A stretch of DNA of 64,000 bases, taken from positions 7,254,001-7,318,000 of the forward strand of contig JAGIQG010000019.1 of assembly GCA_024679065.1 (NCBI GenBank), written 5' to 3'. The stretch comes from Sphyrna mokarran (Eukaryota). A program made the position numbers and the translations under genes. The notes under the pieces were generated by a model. That model ran no database searches, had not been told where the DNA came from, and saw only the letters and a list, made by a program, of their open reading frames with translations. Positions 63,639 to 64,000 of this stretch are shown here, one piece after another (within the stretch, counting starts at the first letter, position 1; the number at the start of each line of letters is the position of its first letter).

Positions 63639-63898
63639 CTGAAAATAGATGGATTCCTGACATGTTCTGGATCCAAGGCACAGCCTTGCATAAATTTATA
63701 GCAGAACCCATTCTGAAAGGTGCAATAAAGTTGTGGTGCACAGCCATGAGCATGCAGTACATGAAAGCTCTTCAGCTCATTTTCACGATCAACAAACAAC
63801 TCTGTCTTGTTACCATAGACTCTCACTAAGACAGCATCGTCTAACGAATCATCAACATAACAAGCAACAAGCTTGTTTGTAATACCATCGGTGAATAC
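63639..63898 (-). CDS. ETNK2: Ethanolamine kinase (ETNK2 orthologue favoured; ETNK1-like), coding exon 2
   Basis: gcacag|GTATTC...TTCAG|gtactt; 260 nt; VFTDGITNKLVACYVDDSLDDAVLVRVYGNKTELFVDRENELKSFHVLHAHGCAPQLYCTFQNGFCYKFMQGCALDPEHVRNPSIFR. Exon 1 lies outside the window. Family certain; paralogue assignment is inference. Confidence 0.95.
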
Positions 63899-64000
63899 CT
63901 GTGCAATCAAAATAAAGATTTACAAAAGAAAAACTTTTGTTAACCTGTTAGATAACTCATAAGCTACTGCTGTTAATATGCTCCATTTAGATCATATTCT

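Overview
Vertebrate (shark-type, cartilaginous fish) genomic DNA, judged from abundant HE1/V-SINEs, CR1 LINEs, Deu-domain SINEs and Penelope fragments. The only supportable protein-coding gene is an ethanolamine kinase on the minus strand. Coding exons 2-8 (260/141/143/84/161/74/73 nt, all GT-AG, phases consistent, 311 aa plus stop) lie between 63898 and 28530; exon 1 is beyond the right edge. Its residues favour the ETNK2 paralogue, while its exon lengths match ETNK1. A probable long 3' UTR runs to about 24045, and 1-24 kb is repeat-rich intergenic DNA. Nearly all ORFs in the supplied track are SINE/LINE noise. Worth a second look: four unannotated candidate cassette exons in the kinase introns (a 31-nt frameshifting poison microexon, in-frame 48-nt and 63-nt exons, a 38-nt stop-containing exon), Penelope-associated minimal hammerhead ribozyme motifs, a ~600-bp inversion between two SINEs that creates two pre-mRNA hairpins, an old ~700-bp duplication in the 3' UTR, a locally templated insertion, a tRNA-Ser pseudogene, a hAT-type MITE and two enhancer-like islands. 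No wholly new biological system can be established from sequence alone; the cassette-exon set is the best lead. Repeat coordinates are approximate and family names come from recalled consensus, not a database search.
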